Source: a virus. From it: a stretch of 64,000 nt of DNA. The notes below the pieces were generated by a model that was given only the letters and a program-made list of their open reading frames with translations, was not told the origin of the DNA and did not search any database. Below, piece by piece: positions 17,816 through 26,353 of this stretch. The translations under genes were made by a program, and so were the position numbers. Numbering within the stretch: the stretch's first letter is position 1; the number at the start of each line of letters is the position of its first letter. Location of the stretch: the IMG/VR virus record IMGVR_UViG_3300045988_149625; one strand, written 5' to 3'.

Positions 17816-17832
17816 TTCTCATCGCCCGCTCC
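17815..17832 (+). repeat. duplicated 3' fragment of tRNA-Gly (ttctcatcgcccgct + CCA) abutting HEG stop codon
   Basis: 16 nt identical to 17045-17060. Confidence 0.7.
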
Positions 17833-17934
17833 ATATGTTGAGGGTAGAAAGGCGGCTACCGTCTAATAAGAATAGCTTAGATTGAAAATTTCTTATTGGA
17901 AGATGTGGAAAATGTCGTTCCACCAACATTAAAC

Positions 17935-18008
17935 TTCCCCATAGGTTATGGATAAACTAAGGGACTTCTAATCCTTTGCTCTGTGTTCGACTCACAGTGG
18001 GGAAGCCA
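17935..18008 (+). tRNA. tRNA-Arg (anticodon TCT)
   Basis: acceptor ttcccca/tggggaa, loop cuUCUaa, T-arm ctgtg-ttcgact-cacag, CCA. Confidence 0.65.
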
Positions 18009-18012
18009 AAAT

Positions 18013-18088
18013 GCGCACATAACTCAGTTGGTAGAGTAACCGACTTTTAATCGGTATGTCCTAGGTTCAATTCCTAGTGTGCGCACCA
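18013..18088 (+). tRNA. tRNA-Lys (anticodon TTT)
   Basis: acceptor gcgcaca/tgtgcgc, D-arm actc-agttggtag-agta, loop cuUUUaa, CCA. Confidence 0.75.
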
Positions 18089-18094
18089 TTTTAT

Positions 18095-18179
18095 GTGCCT
18101 GTGGCGTAATTGGCAGCCGCAAGGGACTTAAAATCCCTCGGATTTATCCGTACCAGTTCGAGTCTGGTCAGGCACACCA
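18095..18179 (+). tRNA. tRNA-Leu (anticodon TAA)
   Basis: acceptor gtgcctg/caggcac, anticodon stem aggga/tccct loop cuUAAaa, long variable arm, CCA. Confidence 0.75.
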
Positions 18180-18331
18180 AATGCGGCAAAGCACAAGTGT
18201 GTAGTTGAGGAAGCAAGGACTCAAAAGGGTGTGTGCAACTCCTACTTGCCGCGCCATATGGGTTGATAATGTAACAGTTAATACTTTGAACTATAACAAG
18301 GAATTATATTCAAGTATTTCAGCCCAATCTT

Positions 18332-18407
18332 GCTTCTCTAGCTCAGTTGGTAGAGCAAAGGATTGAAAATCATTGTGTGAGTGGTTCGATTCCATTGGGA
18401 AGCACCA
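18332..18407 (+). tRNA. tRNA-Phe (anticodon GAA)
   Basis: D-arm gctc-agttggta-gagc, loop uuGAAaa, T-arm agtgg-ttcgatt-ccatt, CCA. Confidence 0.65.
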
Positions 18408-18410
18408 AAT

Positions 18411-18481
18411 GCTGGCATAGTTTAATGGTAAAACGCTAGTTTTGTAAACTAGCTTTGCGGGTTCGATTCCTGCTGCCAGCT
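18411..18481 (+). tRNA. tRNA-Thr (anticodon TGT), CCA not encoded
   Basis: acceptor gctggca/tgccagc, anticodon stem ctagt/actag loop uuUGUaa. Confidence 0.7.
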
Positions 18482-18539
18482 CGCCTTGCTAAGTAAGCAA
18501 CCTTCTCGTGGTGCAAGGTGTTTTAAACTAATAGCTTAC
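18480..18539 (+). repeat. 60 bp direct repeat copy 2
   Basis: identical to 17059-17118. Confidence 0.9.
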
Positions 18540-18569
18540 AAGAGATTAATTGAGGAAGCCCCCAAAAAT

Positions 18570-18644
18570 TGGCATATAGCTCAATGGTAGAGTAGATGAC
18601 CGTTAATCATTTGGCTGTAGGTTCGAGTCCTACTATGCCAGCCA
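18570..18644 (+). tRNA. tRNA-Asn (anticodon GTT)
   Basis: acceptor tggcata/tatgcca, D-arm gctc-aatggta-gagt, loop ccGUUaa (C33 unusual), CCA. Confidence 0.6.
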
Positions 18645-18670
18645 TTTATTTTAAGAAAGGACTAATTATT

Positions 18671-20206
18671 ATGAGTGTTACTTTTATGACAGCACTACAA
18701 AACGAAGCAAATAAGAGTGTTACAGAAAACGGCGCAGTAGGGTACAACACCACCTACAATGAGCTGTTGGATTTTAATTATAAAGTACCTTCATTGCGTA
18801 AGGCAGATGATGCAAACTTGCAAAAAGAGGTAGCACTACTTGTTAGTAGCATTGTTGACCCCGAACTTTTGCTACGTTACATGTTCTTTTTGCGGGACGC
18901 GCGTGGAGGAATGGGTGAAAGACGTATCTTTCGTGCTATTTTAAAGGAACTTGCAAACAGGAACTTTGAATATGTTCCTAGGATGCTGCCTTTAATAGTT
19001 GAGTATGGAAGATATGACGACCTATTTGTTTTAAAGGATACACCATTTCAAGAGGAAATGGAAGGCTATATTATAGGAACTTTATTGTCAGATGAATATT
19101 CAATGGCTAATAATGAACCTTGTTCCTTACTTGCAAAATGGATGCCATCGGTTAATGCAAGTAGTAAAGAAACCATCAAACTTGCAAATTACTTTGCTAG
19201 AGATGTTTTTAATACTACACCTGCAAAATACCGCAAGCGTCTTTCTGCATTACGCAAGCACTTAAAGGTTGTTGAAGCACAGATTAGTCGCGGAGAGTTT
19301 TCTGAGATTAATTATGAAGGAGTACCTTCAAGAGCAAATCTGCGTTACTCTAATCTTTTCCTAGATAGAGATAATGAACGCAGAAGGCAGTATTTGAAGA
19401 GCTTAGCAAGTGGGAAAGTAAAGATTAATGCAGGAGTTCTTTACCCACAAGATATTGTGGCGAAGCTAAGAGGATTATCCGATTCTGTTTATAGCTTTAG
19501 ATTCTCCAAGCAGATTCCGCAGCTTTATAAGAACCAATATAATGCAATGTGGAAAGGACTCAAAGACTTTGGTGAGCTTAAAAATACTATTGTTGTAGTT
19601 GATACTAGCGGTTCAATGTTTGAACCTGTTAGTTCTTCTATTGCGGCAATAGATGCTTCTGTTGGTTTAGGTCTTTATTTTGCCGAAAGAAATGCGGGTG
19701 TCTTTAAAGATAAAATTATTACGTTTAGTGATAATCCTACATTTGTTGATGTATCTAAATATAACAATATTTTAGATAAATTAATAGCAGTTTCAAAAGC
19801 AGAGTGGGGATTTTCTACAAATGTTGAAGCAGTATTTGATTTAGTTCTAAGAACTGCGGTAGCAAATCACTGTGAACAGTCTGAGATTCCTAGAATCTTA
19901 ATCATTAGTGATATGGAATTTAATTACTGTGTTTCAGATTCAGAGCACTTTTTGATGAAGGATATAGAATCTGACTTTAAGGCAGCAGGTTATGAGCTTC
20001 CAAAGCTTTCATTCTGGAATGTAAATTCAAGAACGAATACTCTGCCTATCACACAGAATAAACAAGGGGTTGCACTTGTTAGTGGCTATTCCACTGCTTC
20101 AATAAAAGCTGTAATGAGCAATGAGGTAGACCCATATAAAGCTTTCCTAGAGTGTTTTTACACTCCTAGGTATGACTTTATAAAAGAAGTGTTGGACATT
20201 AAATGA
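18671..20206 (+). CDS. von Willebrand factor A domain protein (MIDAS DxSxS), possibly DUF2828-like
   Basis: track ORF begins inside tRNA-Asn; likelier start ATG 18671 (MSVTFMTALQ); vWA core IVVVDTSGSMF...ILIISDMEF. Confidence 0.55.
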   Translation: MSVTFMTALQNEANKSVTENGAVGYNTTYNELLDFNYKVPSLRKADDANLQKEVALLVSSIVDPELLLRYMFFLRDARGGMGERRIFRAILKELANRNFEYVPRMLPLIVEYGRYDDLFVLKDTPFQEEMEGYIIGTLLSDEYSMANNEPCSLLAKWMPSVNASSKETIKLANYFARDVFNTTPAKYRKRLSALRKHLKVVEAQISRGEFSEINYEGVPSRANLRYSNLFLDRDNERRRQYLKSLASGKVKINAGVLYPQDIVAKLRGLSDSVYSFRFSKQIPQLYKNQYNAMWKGLKDFGELKNTIVVVDTSGSMFEPVSSSIAAIDASVGLGLYFAERNAGVFKDKIITFSDNPTFVDVSKYNNILDKLIAVSKAEWGFSTNVEAVFDLVLRTAVANHCEQSEIPRILIISDMEFNYCVSDSEHFLMKDIESDFKAAGYELPKLSFWNVNSRTNTLPITQNKQGVALVSGYSTASIKAVMSNEVDPYKAFLECFYTPRYDFIKEVLDIK

Positions 20207-21496
20207 ATAAAAGACTACTCAAATGGGTAGTCTTTTTCCATAAGGAGGTAACAATGGTAAAATTTGTTAAAAAGCGGGATGGAAGTATAGTACCTTTTGA
20301 GAAGCAAAAGATTATAAATGCTATTGGTAAAGCGGGTTTTGTAAAAGAAGATATTAAAGAAAAAATTGCAGATGAAATTCTGCATCAAAAACAAGAAGAA
20401 CTTTCGGTAGAGGCTATACAAGATTTAGTGGAAAATAAGTTAATGGCTTCTTCTTGTAAAGAAACCGCTAAGGAATATATACGTTATCGTTATAAGAGAA
20501 AATTGATTAGAGAAACAAAAGATTCTTTAAGTGAAGTCTTAGATATTGTTAATCTCAGTAATCAAGAAGTGAATGAGGAAAATAGTAATAAAAACCCTGT
20601 TATTAACTCTACGCAGCGTGATTATATGGCTGGTATGGTGTCAAAAGAATTATCTGAGAAATTGTTATTCCCACCAGATGTAATGGAGGCACACAAAGCA
20701 GGTATTATTCATGTACATGACATGGATTATGCTATTCAAAAAATGTATAATTGTGCACTATTAGATATGGAAGATATGCTACAAAATGGTACAGTTATTA
20801 ACGGAACACTGATTGAGAAACCACATAGTTTTGCTACTGCTTGTAATATTGCCACACAGATTATGGCACAAGTTGCTTCTAATCAGTATGGTGGGCAGAG
20901 TGTTTCTATAACACATTTAGCACCATTTGTCAATACTTCAAGACAGAGATTGAGAAAAAAAGTTAGAGAAGAACTTGCTCCTTATTATGAAATCTGTGAG
21001 AGTGTGGTCTTTGATATTGCTGAAAAGCGATTGAAAGAGGAAATCACTAGAGGGGTTCAAACCATGCAGTATCAAATTAACACCCTTATGACTTCCAATG
21101 GTCAGACACCTTTTGTTACCTTATTCCTATATCTCAATGAAGCTAAGAATGAGCAGGAAAAGAAAGACCTTGCTATGGTAATTGAGGAAATCATTCGTCA
21201 GCGTTATCAAGGAGTCAAGAATGAAAAGGGTGCATGGATAACCCCTGCTTTTCCTAAGCTGATATATGTCTTAGAGGAAGATAATGTTAAGGAAGGAACT
21301 CCCTATTTTTACTTAACAAAGATGGCTGCAAAATGTACGGCTAAGAGGATGGTTCCAGATTATGTTTCTGAAAAGATTATGTTAGAGAATAAGAAAACGT
21401 CCGATGGTGTTGGACATTGTTATCCTCCTATGGGATGCAGAAGCTTCTTAACACCATATCTTGATGAAAATGGAAAAGCTAAATTCTATGGACGGT
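20203..21496 (+). CDS. nrdD: anaerobic ribonucleoside-triphosphate reductase NrdD, exon 1 (ATP-cone + catalytic core N-part)
   Basis: ATP-cone VKFVKKRDGSIVPFEKQKIINAI; core GIIHVHDMDY...; ORF ends abruptly without glycyl-radical motif; splices to 22316. Confidence 0.8.
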
Positions 21497-22315
21497 TGAC
21501 CATCTGTTGAGCCGTCCTTAAACTGTGTGAACGCATGATAAAGCGGTGTGGGGAATGAACCCTGCTAACGGTGAAACTCCTAATGGACAATACCGTGCCA
21601 ACTTATATTAATAATTATTCTATAATTGGAGGAAATTATTATGACATCAATATATTTAGAGAATAAAGAATTTAAAGAACTTGATATTAACCCTAACTAT
21701 TTTATCAGTGCCGATGGTGCTGTATTTTCACAATTTGCTAAAAAGTTATTGAAGCCTCTTTATAGAGGTGTACAAGGTAAGCTATATCCTTATGTATGTA
21801 TTTACTATCAAGGCAAGCAAAGAAAATTTGCTGTCCACCGCCTTGTATATCATACATGGGTACATCCTTTAAGTAAAGGGCAGCAAGTAAATCATAAGGA
21901 TGATAATGTGAATAATTGCCACTATACGAATCTTTATGTAGGCACTAAAAAAGATAATATTGGTGATTGTGTTGCTAATGAGCATAGAGTAGGTAACGTA
22001 TTTTATTTAACCTTATTTGATAAGCTCCTTAATAAAGTAATTTCTTTTTGTCCTGCTAGAAACTTCATTGCATATAGTGGGCATATAAATAAGAGTGGTT
22101 CTTTAAATAAATTCTTTTCTAAGCACTGGTTTAAAAAACGTTATGAAATTCTTGAATTTAAACGTATTAAAAATCTTGATGAATTAAAAGGTGTAACGAC
22201 TAATGGTGATGAGTGTAACCATGTAGGATAGAGTTTATCACTATCCGAAGCGCACAGCACTTACTTAGTAAGTGAAGATATAGTCTAATCTTTATAGTAA
22301 TATAAAGTATTTATG
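21497..22315 (+). mobile_element. group I intron in nrdD carrying an HNH homing endonuclease ORF
   Basis: 5' exon ends in U of gacggU; internal guide gccgtc (21513-21518) pairs with it via G.U; intron ends in G (22315); joining gives in-frame cgg-ttc-aac-caa-ggg (GRFNQGVVTINL). Confidence 0.75.
21626..22231 (+). CDS. HNH homing endonuclease (intron-encoded)
   Basis: 201 aa; FAVHRLVYHTWVHPLSKGQQVNHKDDNVNNCHYTNL (H-N-H-like). Confidence 0.8.
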   Translation: MEEIIMTSIYLENKEFKELDINPNYFISADGAVFSQFAKKLLKPLYRGVQGKLYPYVCIYYQGKQRKFAVHRLVYHTWVHPLSKGQQVNHKDDNVNNCHYTNLYVGTKKDNIGDCVANEHRVGNVFYLTLFDKLLNKVISFCPARNFIAYSGHINKSGSLNKFFSKHWFKKRYEILEFKRIKNLDELKGVTTNGDECNHVG

Positions 22316-23241
22316 TCAACCAAGGGGTTGTCACAATAAATCTTGTTGATGTAGGATTATCTGCAAATGGCGATAAAGAAAAATTCTGGAAGATTTTAGA
22401 TGAGCGGTTAGAATTATGCCATAAAGCATTAAGGGTAAGACACCAAAATCTTAAAGGTACAATTTCTAATGTTTCACCTATTCACTGGCAGTATGGGGCT
22501 ATTGCAAGACTTCAAAAGGGAGAGAAGATTGATAAGTTATTGGAGAATGGTTACTCCACAATTTCTTTAGGGTATGCAGGTTTATATGAATGTGTTTTGG
22601 CTATGACAGGTAAATCGCATACTGACCCAGAGGCAAAGCCTTTTGCTTTAGCTATTATGCAGAGATTAAATGATAAATGTGCAGAGTGGAAAGAATTAGA
22701 GGGGTTAGGATATTCTGTATATGGTACTCCTATTGAATCAACAACTTATAAATTTGCAAAATGTTTAAAGAGCCGTTTTGGTGAGATTAAAGGCATTACA
22801 GACCACGATTATATTACTAATAGTTATCATGTTCATGTGAGAGAGCCAATAGATGCTTTTACAAAATTGAAATTTGAATCTGAATTTCAATTACTTAGTC
22901 CAGGTGGGGCTATTAGCTATATTGAATGTGCTGATATGACTAAGAATTTAGATGCTGTTATCACAGTTATTCAGTTTATTTATGATAATATTATGTATGC
23001 TGAATTAAATACTAAGAGTGATTATTGTCAAGTCTGTGGATATGATGGTGAGATTAAGATTGTTACTGACCACGGCAGACTAGAGTGGGAGTGTCCGAAT
23101 TGTGGAAATAAAGACAAGACAAAAATGAATGTCGCGCGTAGGACGTGCGGCTACATTGGAAGTCAGTTTTGGAATCAAGGACGTACCGAAGAAATTCGTG
23201 ACAGATTCGTACATTTAGGTGGGGATTTTAGCGTATTATGA
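22316..23241 (+). CDS. nrdD: NrdD exon 2 (C-terminal Zn-ribbon and glycyl-radical motif)
   Basis: open frame from 22316 reads ...NQGVVTINLVDVGLSANGDKEKFWKILDERLELCHKAL...; CQVCGYDGE...CPNCG; radical motif RRTCGYIGS. Confidence 0.8.
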
Positions 23242-23654
23242 AACTTTTAAATGATTCAATGGTAATAAGTCCTAAACGTGGTGATATGTTACTTACAAAA
23301 CCTGTGGGACGTTTTTATAGTGACGAAACAACTTTAATAGTGAAATGCCCTTTTAAAGAAGTTAATGATTCGCTAGATTATATTCGTATTAACGGTGACT
23401 TAAATATCCCTCTAGGAGTATTAGTTATGACTTCTAGGGGGTTTAAGCCTAGTGCAGATTTAGATGTTGGGGATGTATTAATAAGGTATTTCCTAGATGA
23501 TTTACCCTATGATGCACCACAGAAGCCTTTAAGAATGTCAGAGGAATCAGTCAAGACTATTAAGCAGCTAAAGGCTACAAATTCAATAGAAGTACCCTTC
23601 AAGACATGTATCATAAATGGGCTTTTTCTTAAAGGGGTATTGACAAATACTTAA
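23238..23654 (+). CDS. hypothetical protein
   Basis: 138 aa ORF overlapping nrdD stop (ATGA). Confidence 0.45.
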   Translation: MKLLNDSMVISPKRGDMLLTKPVGRFYSDETTLIVKCPFKEVNDSLDYIRINGDLNIPLGVLVMTSRGFKPSADLDVGDVLIRYFLDDLPYDAPQKPLRMSEESVKTIKQLKATNSIEVPFKTCIINGLFLKGVLTNT

Positions 23655-23668
23655 TTTTGTGTTATAAT
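23640..23668 (+). promoter_or_regulatory. sigma70-type promoter (TTGACA-17-TATAAT)
   Basis: ggtattgacaaatacttaattttgtgttataat. Confidence 0.6.
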
Positions 23669-23684
23669 ATTATTAGGTGATATT

Positions 23685-24257
23685 ATGAAGAAAATGATAA
23701 TTTTAATTAGTGGTAAAGCTGAAAGCGGAAAAGATACCGTAGCAAATATTATATTAGGTAAGCAAGCAAAATTTGGAAACGCATATAATTGGCACTTTGC
23801 AAGTCCTGTAAAGTTTATCGCTACACATTCTTTTGGTTGGGATGGTAAAAAGGATAAAGCAGGAAGAGCATTATTACAAATGATTGGGGATGGCGGCAGG
23901 AATTATAACCCAAACATTTGGGTAAATGAAATGCTGCGCAGTCTAAGAAGTGCTTGTAATCATTCTCTTAAAAGTGAAACAGATGGCTTATTAATAGTCA
24001 TTCCCGATACTCGCTATAAAAATGAGATTGAGCAGGTCTTAAAATTTGGTGAAGAAAACGATGTTTCAGTTGTTACAATACGAGTTGAACGTCCTAATCA
24101 TAAAAATCACCTAACTTCAAAACAGCGTTCTAATTCTAGTGAAACAGATTTAGATGATTGGAAGCTTTGGGATTTTAAAATAGTAAATGATTCTACAAAA
24201 GAAGCTCTTGAAAACGTGGTATTAAATGTTTTGGAGGTAATGCGAATTGCTAAATAA
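23685..24257 (+). CDS. deoxynucleoside monophosphate kinase (T4 gp1-like P-loop kinase)
   Basis: 190 aa; N-term MKKMIILISGKAESGKDTVANII resembles T4 dNMP kinase MKLIFLSGVKRSGKDT. Confidence 0.6.
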   Translation: MKKMIILISGKAESGKDTVANIILGKQAKFGNAYNWHFASPVKFIATHSFGWDGKKDKAGRALLQMIGDGGRNYNPNIWVNEMLRSLRSACNHSLKSETDGLLIVIPDTRYKNEIEQVLKFGEENDVSVVTIRVERPNHKNHLTSKQRSNSSETDLDDWKLWDFKIVNDSTKEALENVVLNVLEVMRIAK

Positions 24258-25356
24258 TTGTGTTAATCCAAATATTTCGCCTATGCTTTGTGCTGAGGGG
24301 GATATGGATGCTTTAGAGAATCCTAACTTTTTAGCACAGGAAAAATTTGATGGGCATAGAGCAATAATGTATGTTGACCAACAAGGTTCTGTCCATTTTT
24401 ACAGTAGGCGTACAAGTAAAGTCACTGGTGAAAAAGAGGATAATACAGACAGGCTTAAAAAGATGTGTGCATTTCCATTCTCAGACTTTAAAGATAGCAT
24501 CTTTGATGGTGAGCTTGTAATGCAAGGCGGTAACACAAATTCTTCAAAGGTGCAGCAGTTACTTGGTTCTACTCCAGAAAGGGCAGAAGAATTATGGGAG
24601 CAAGGTATTAGATTACAATACAAGATTTTTGATGTAATTAAGTTCCAAGGGCTTGACCTAGAGAAAGAACCTTTATTAACGCGCATTTCATTTCTTATGC
24701 TCTTAGAAGATTATCTTACTAAAATGGGGGATTGTGTATTAAGTAATTGTTACGAGGTTACAAGATTCTATTTTAAGAAAGAATTGTATAATCTTTTGGA
24801 CAATAGATTGGCTACAAAGATTGGGAAAAACTTAATATTGGTAGATTCGTTTAAAGACTGCTTTGACAGCATAAGACGTTGTGGTGGTGAGGGGCTTATC
24901 TTAAAGTCCCCTACATCTATTTATAAGCAGGATAAGCGTTCTAAGGAATGGTTAAAGTTTAAAGCAAAGAAAACTGCGGACTTAGTTGTAATGGGTTTTG
25001 AACCGCCAATAAAGAAGTACACTGGAAAATTCACAGTTGATGAGCTGCGTGTTCGTGGTTGGCAGTATTGGGAAGGGGATGAACCTGTAACTAAAACCTA
25101 TGCAAAAGGTTGGGTAGCAGGTTTGAAGTTAGGTGCTTATAAGAATGGAGAACTTATTTACGTAACCACTGCTAAGGGCTTTAGTGATGCAGACCAAGAG
25201 TTTATTAAGACACATACTTCTAAAATGTTCGACATTGTTGTAGAGGTAGAGTATCAAGAGGTTATAAATCAAGATACTAAGAGTTTGCGGCATCCAAGGG
25301 TTAAGGAATTTAGATTTAATAAAGACACTAAAGAGTGCTTATGGGAGAATATATGA
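24247..25356 (+). CDS. ATP-dependent DNA (or RNA) ligase
   Basis: 369 aa; nucleotidyltransferase motifs I KFDGHR, III FDGELV, IV/V EGLILK, KWLKFK. Confidence 0.7.
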   Translation: MLNNCVNPNISPMLCAEGDMDALENPNFLAQEKFDGHRAIMYVDQQGSVHFYSRRTSKVTGEKEDNTDRLKKMCAFPFSDFKDSIFDGELVMQGGNTNSSKVQQLLGSTPERAEELWEQGIRLQYKIFDVIKFQGLDLEKEPLLTRISFLMLLEDYLTKMGDCVLSNCYEVTRFYFKKELYNLLDNRLATKIGKNLILVDSFKDCFDSIRRCGGEGLILKSPTSIYKQDKRSKEWLKFKAKKTADLVVMGFEPPIKKYTGKFTVDELRVRGWQYWEGDEPVTKTYAKGWVAGLKLGAYKNGELIYVTTAKGFSDADQEFIKTHTSKMFDIVVEVEYQEVINQDTKSLRHPRVKEFRFNKDTKECLWENI

Positions 25357-26144
25357 AAGCAAAAGAAGATTATATTTACCAAGATTTAAAAAAGCATATA
25401 GTGCGTTTCAGAACAGAAGCTGATGTTGCCTATTTTGTAAACTTAGGCGACATACATTGGGGTTTATGCGATAAAGAACTTTTTGAGAAAACTTTTCAAT
25501 ATTTAATGAGTATTCCCAATTTATACGTAGGAATTGGTGGTGACGCAGGTAACGGCGCAACTAAATTAAGTAAGAGTGACCTACATGAAGAGTGGAGTGT
25601 TGGCGATGACCAAGTATATCAATTAGCTGAGATTTTAAAGCCCTATGCAGATAGAATCCTTTATATTATAGAGGGTAATCATTGGGCGGGAAGATTGAAG
25701 CATGATGTTTATTTTACTCCAGAGAAGATGTTAGCTACTTTAATAGGCAAGCCTGACATTTATAAAGAAGAATTTTGCTTTCTTTATTTTAATGTAGGCA
25801 AGAATTGTTTCGTACATTTTATTCAGCATTTATCCCCTAAACGTGATGGTGTTTGGGATTGGGTAAATGCGGATGTTACGTGGAGAGAGCATCATCATCA
25901 ACGCTATAAAAAGGAAAAAGTTATTATAGAGCATAACAAGTTTGAAAAAACGCCCTGCCCTAGAATTGTTTATGAGGTATGGAGCGGTACTTTTCAAGTT
26001 TACCCTAATTATGCAAAATATCATGGTATGCGTGTTGGTGTACCTGGCTGCTTTATAGCACAGATGAACAAAGGGAATAAACATAAAAGTACAGATTTGT
26101 TTTTGTGGACAGATGACGAATTTATGCAGATAATGAAATCTTAA
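25335..26144 (+). CDS. calcineurin-like metallophosphoesterase
   Basis: 269 aa; GDxxxG (GIGGDAGNG) and GNHW motifs. Confidence 0.6.
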   Translation: MLMGEYMKAKEDYIYQDLKKHIVRFRTEADVAYFVNLGDIHWGLCDKELFEKTFQYLMSIPNLYVGIGGDAGNGATKLSKSDLHEEWSVGDDQVYQLAEILKPYADRILYIIEGNHWAGRLKHDVYFTPEKMLATLIGKPDIYKEEFCFLYFNVGKNCFVHFIQHLSPKRDGVWDWVNADVTWREHHHQRYKKEKVIIEHNKFEKTPCPRIVYEVWSGTFQVYPNYAKYHGMRVGVPGCFIAQMNKGNKHKSTDLFLWTDDEFMQIMKS

Positions 26145-26161
26145 TAATAAATTAACATCTA

Positions 26162-26190
26162 TTGACAAACTGTTAATTTTATGATATAAT
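26162..26190 (+). promoter_or_regulatory. sigma70-type promoter ahead of packaging genes (TTGACA-17-TATAAT)
   Basis: attgacaaactgttaattttatgatataat. Confidence 0.6.
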
Positions 26191-26353
26191 GTAAATATAA
26201 AGTAAGGAGTTATTCTAATGAGAAGAATTACAAAGAATGAGTATAATAATTATTTGAAAATTCCAAAATATAAAAATAGATTAATTAGAGTAAAATACGG
26301 ATTCTATTTTGTAGAATAATTAAATAGCCTGTTAAGGGCTATTTTCCGTTGTA

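Noticed and set aside
18183-18256. Possible 17th tRNA (perfect acceptor-like stem + G + CCA)
   Set aside because: No D-arm, anticodon arm or TPsiC loop can be folded; kept only as a tRNA-like remnant.
23238-23654. Candidate NrdG (anaerobic RNR activase) directly after nrdD
   Set aside because: The 138-aa product lacks the CxxxCxxC radical-SAM motif. The only radical-SAM gene in the window (47812-49035) is a 407-aa SPASM enzyme inside the tail-fibre operon, so no nrdG is called.
25335-26144. Small terminase subunit immediately upstream of terL
   Set aside because: The upstream gene has clear metallophosphoesterase motifs (GDxxxG, GNHW), not a TerS fold. Only a 33-aa ORF (26218-26319) lies between the promoter and terL, so TerS is unassigned.
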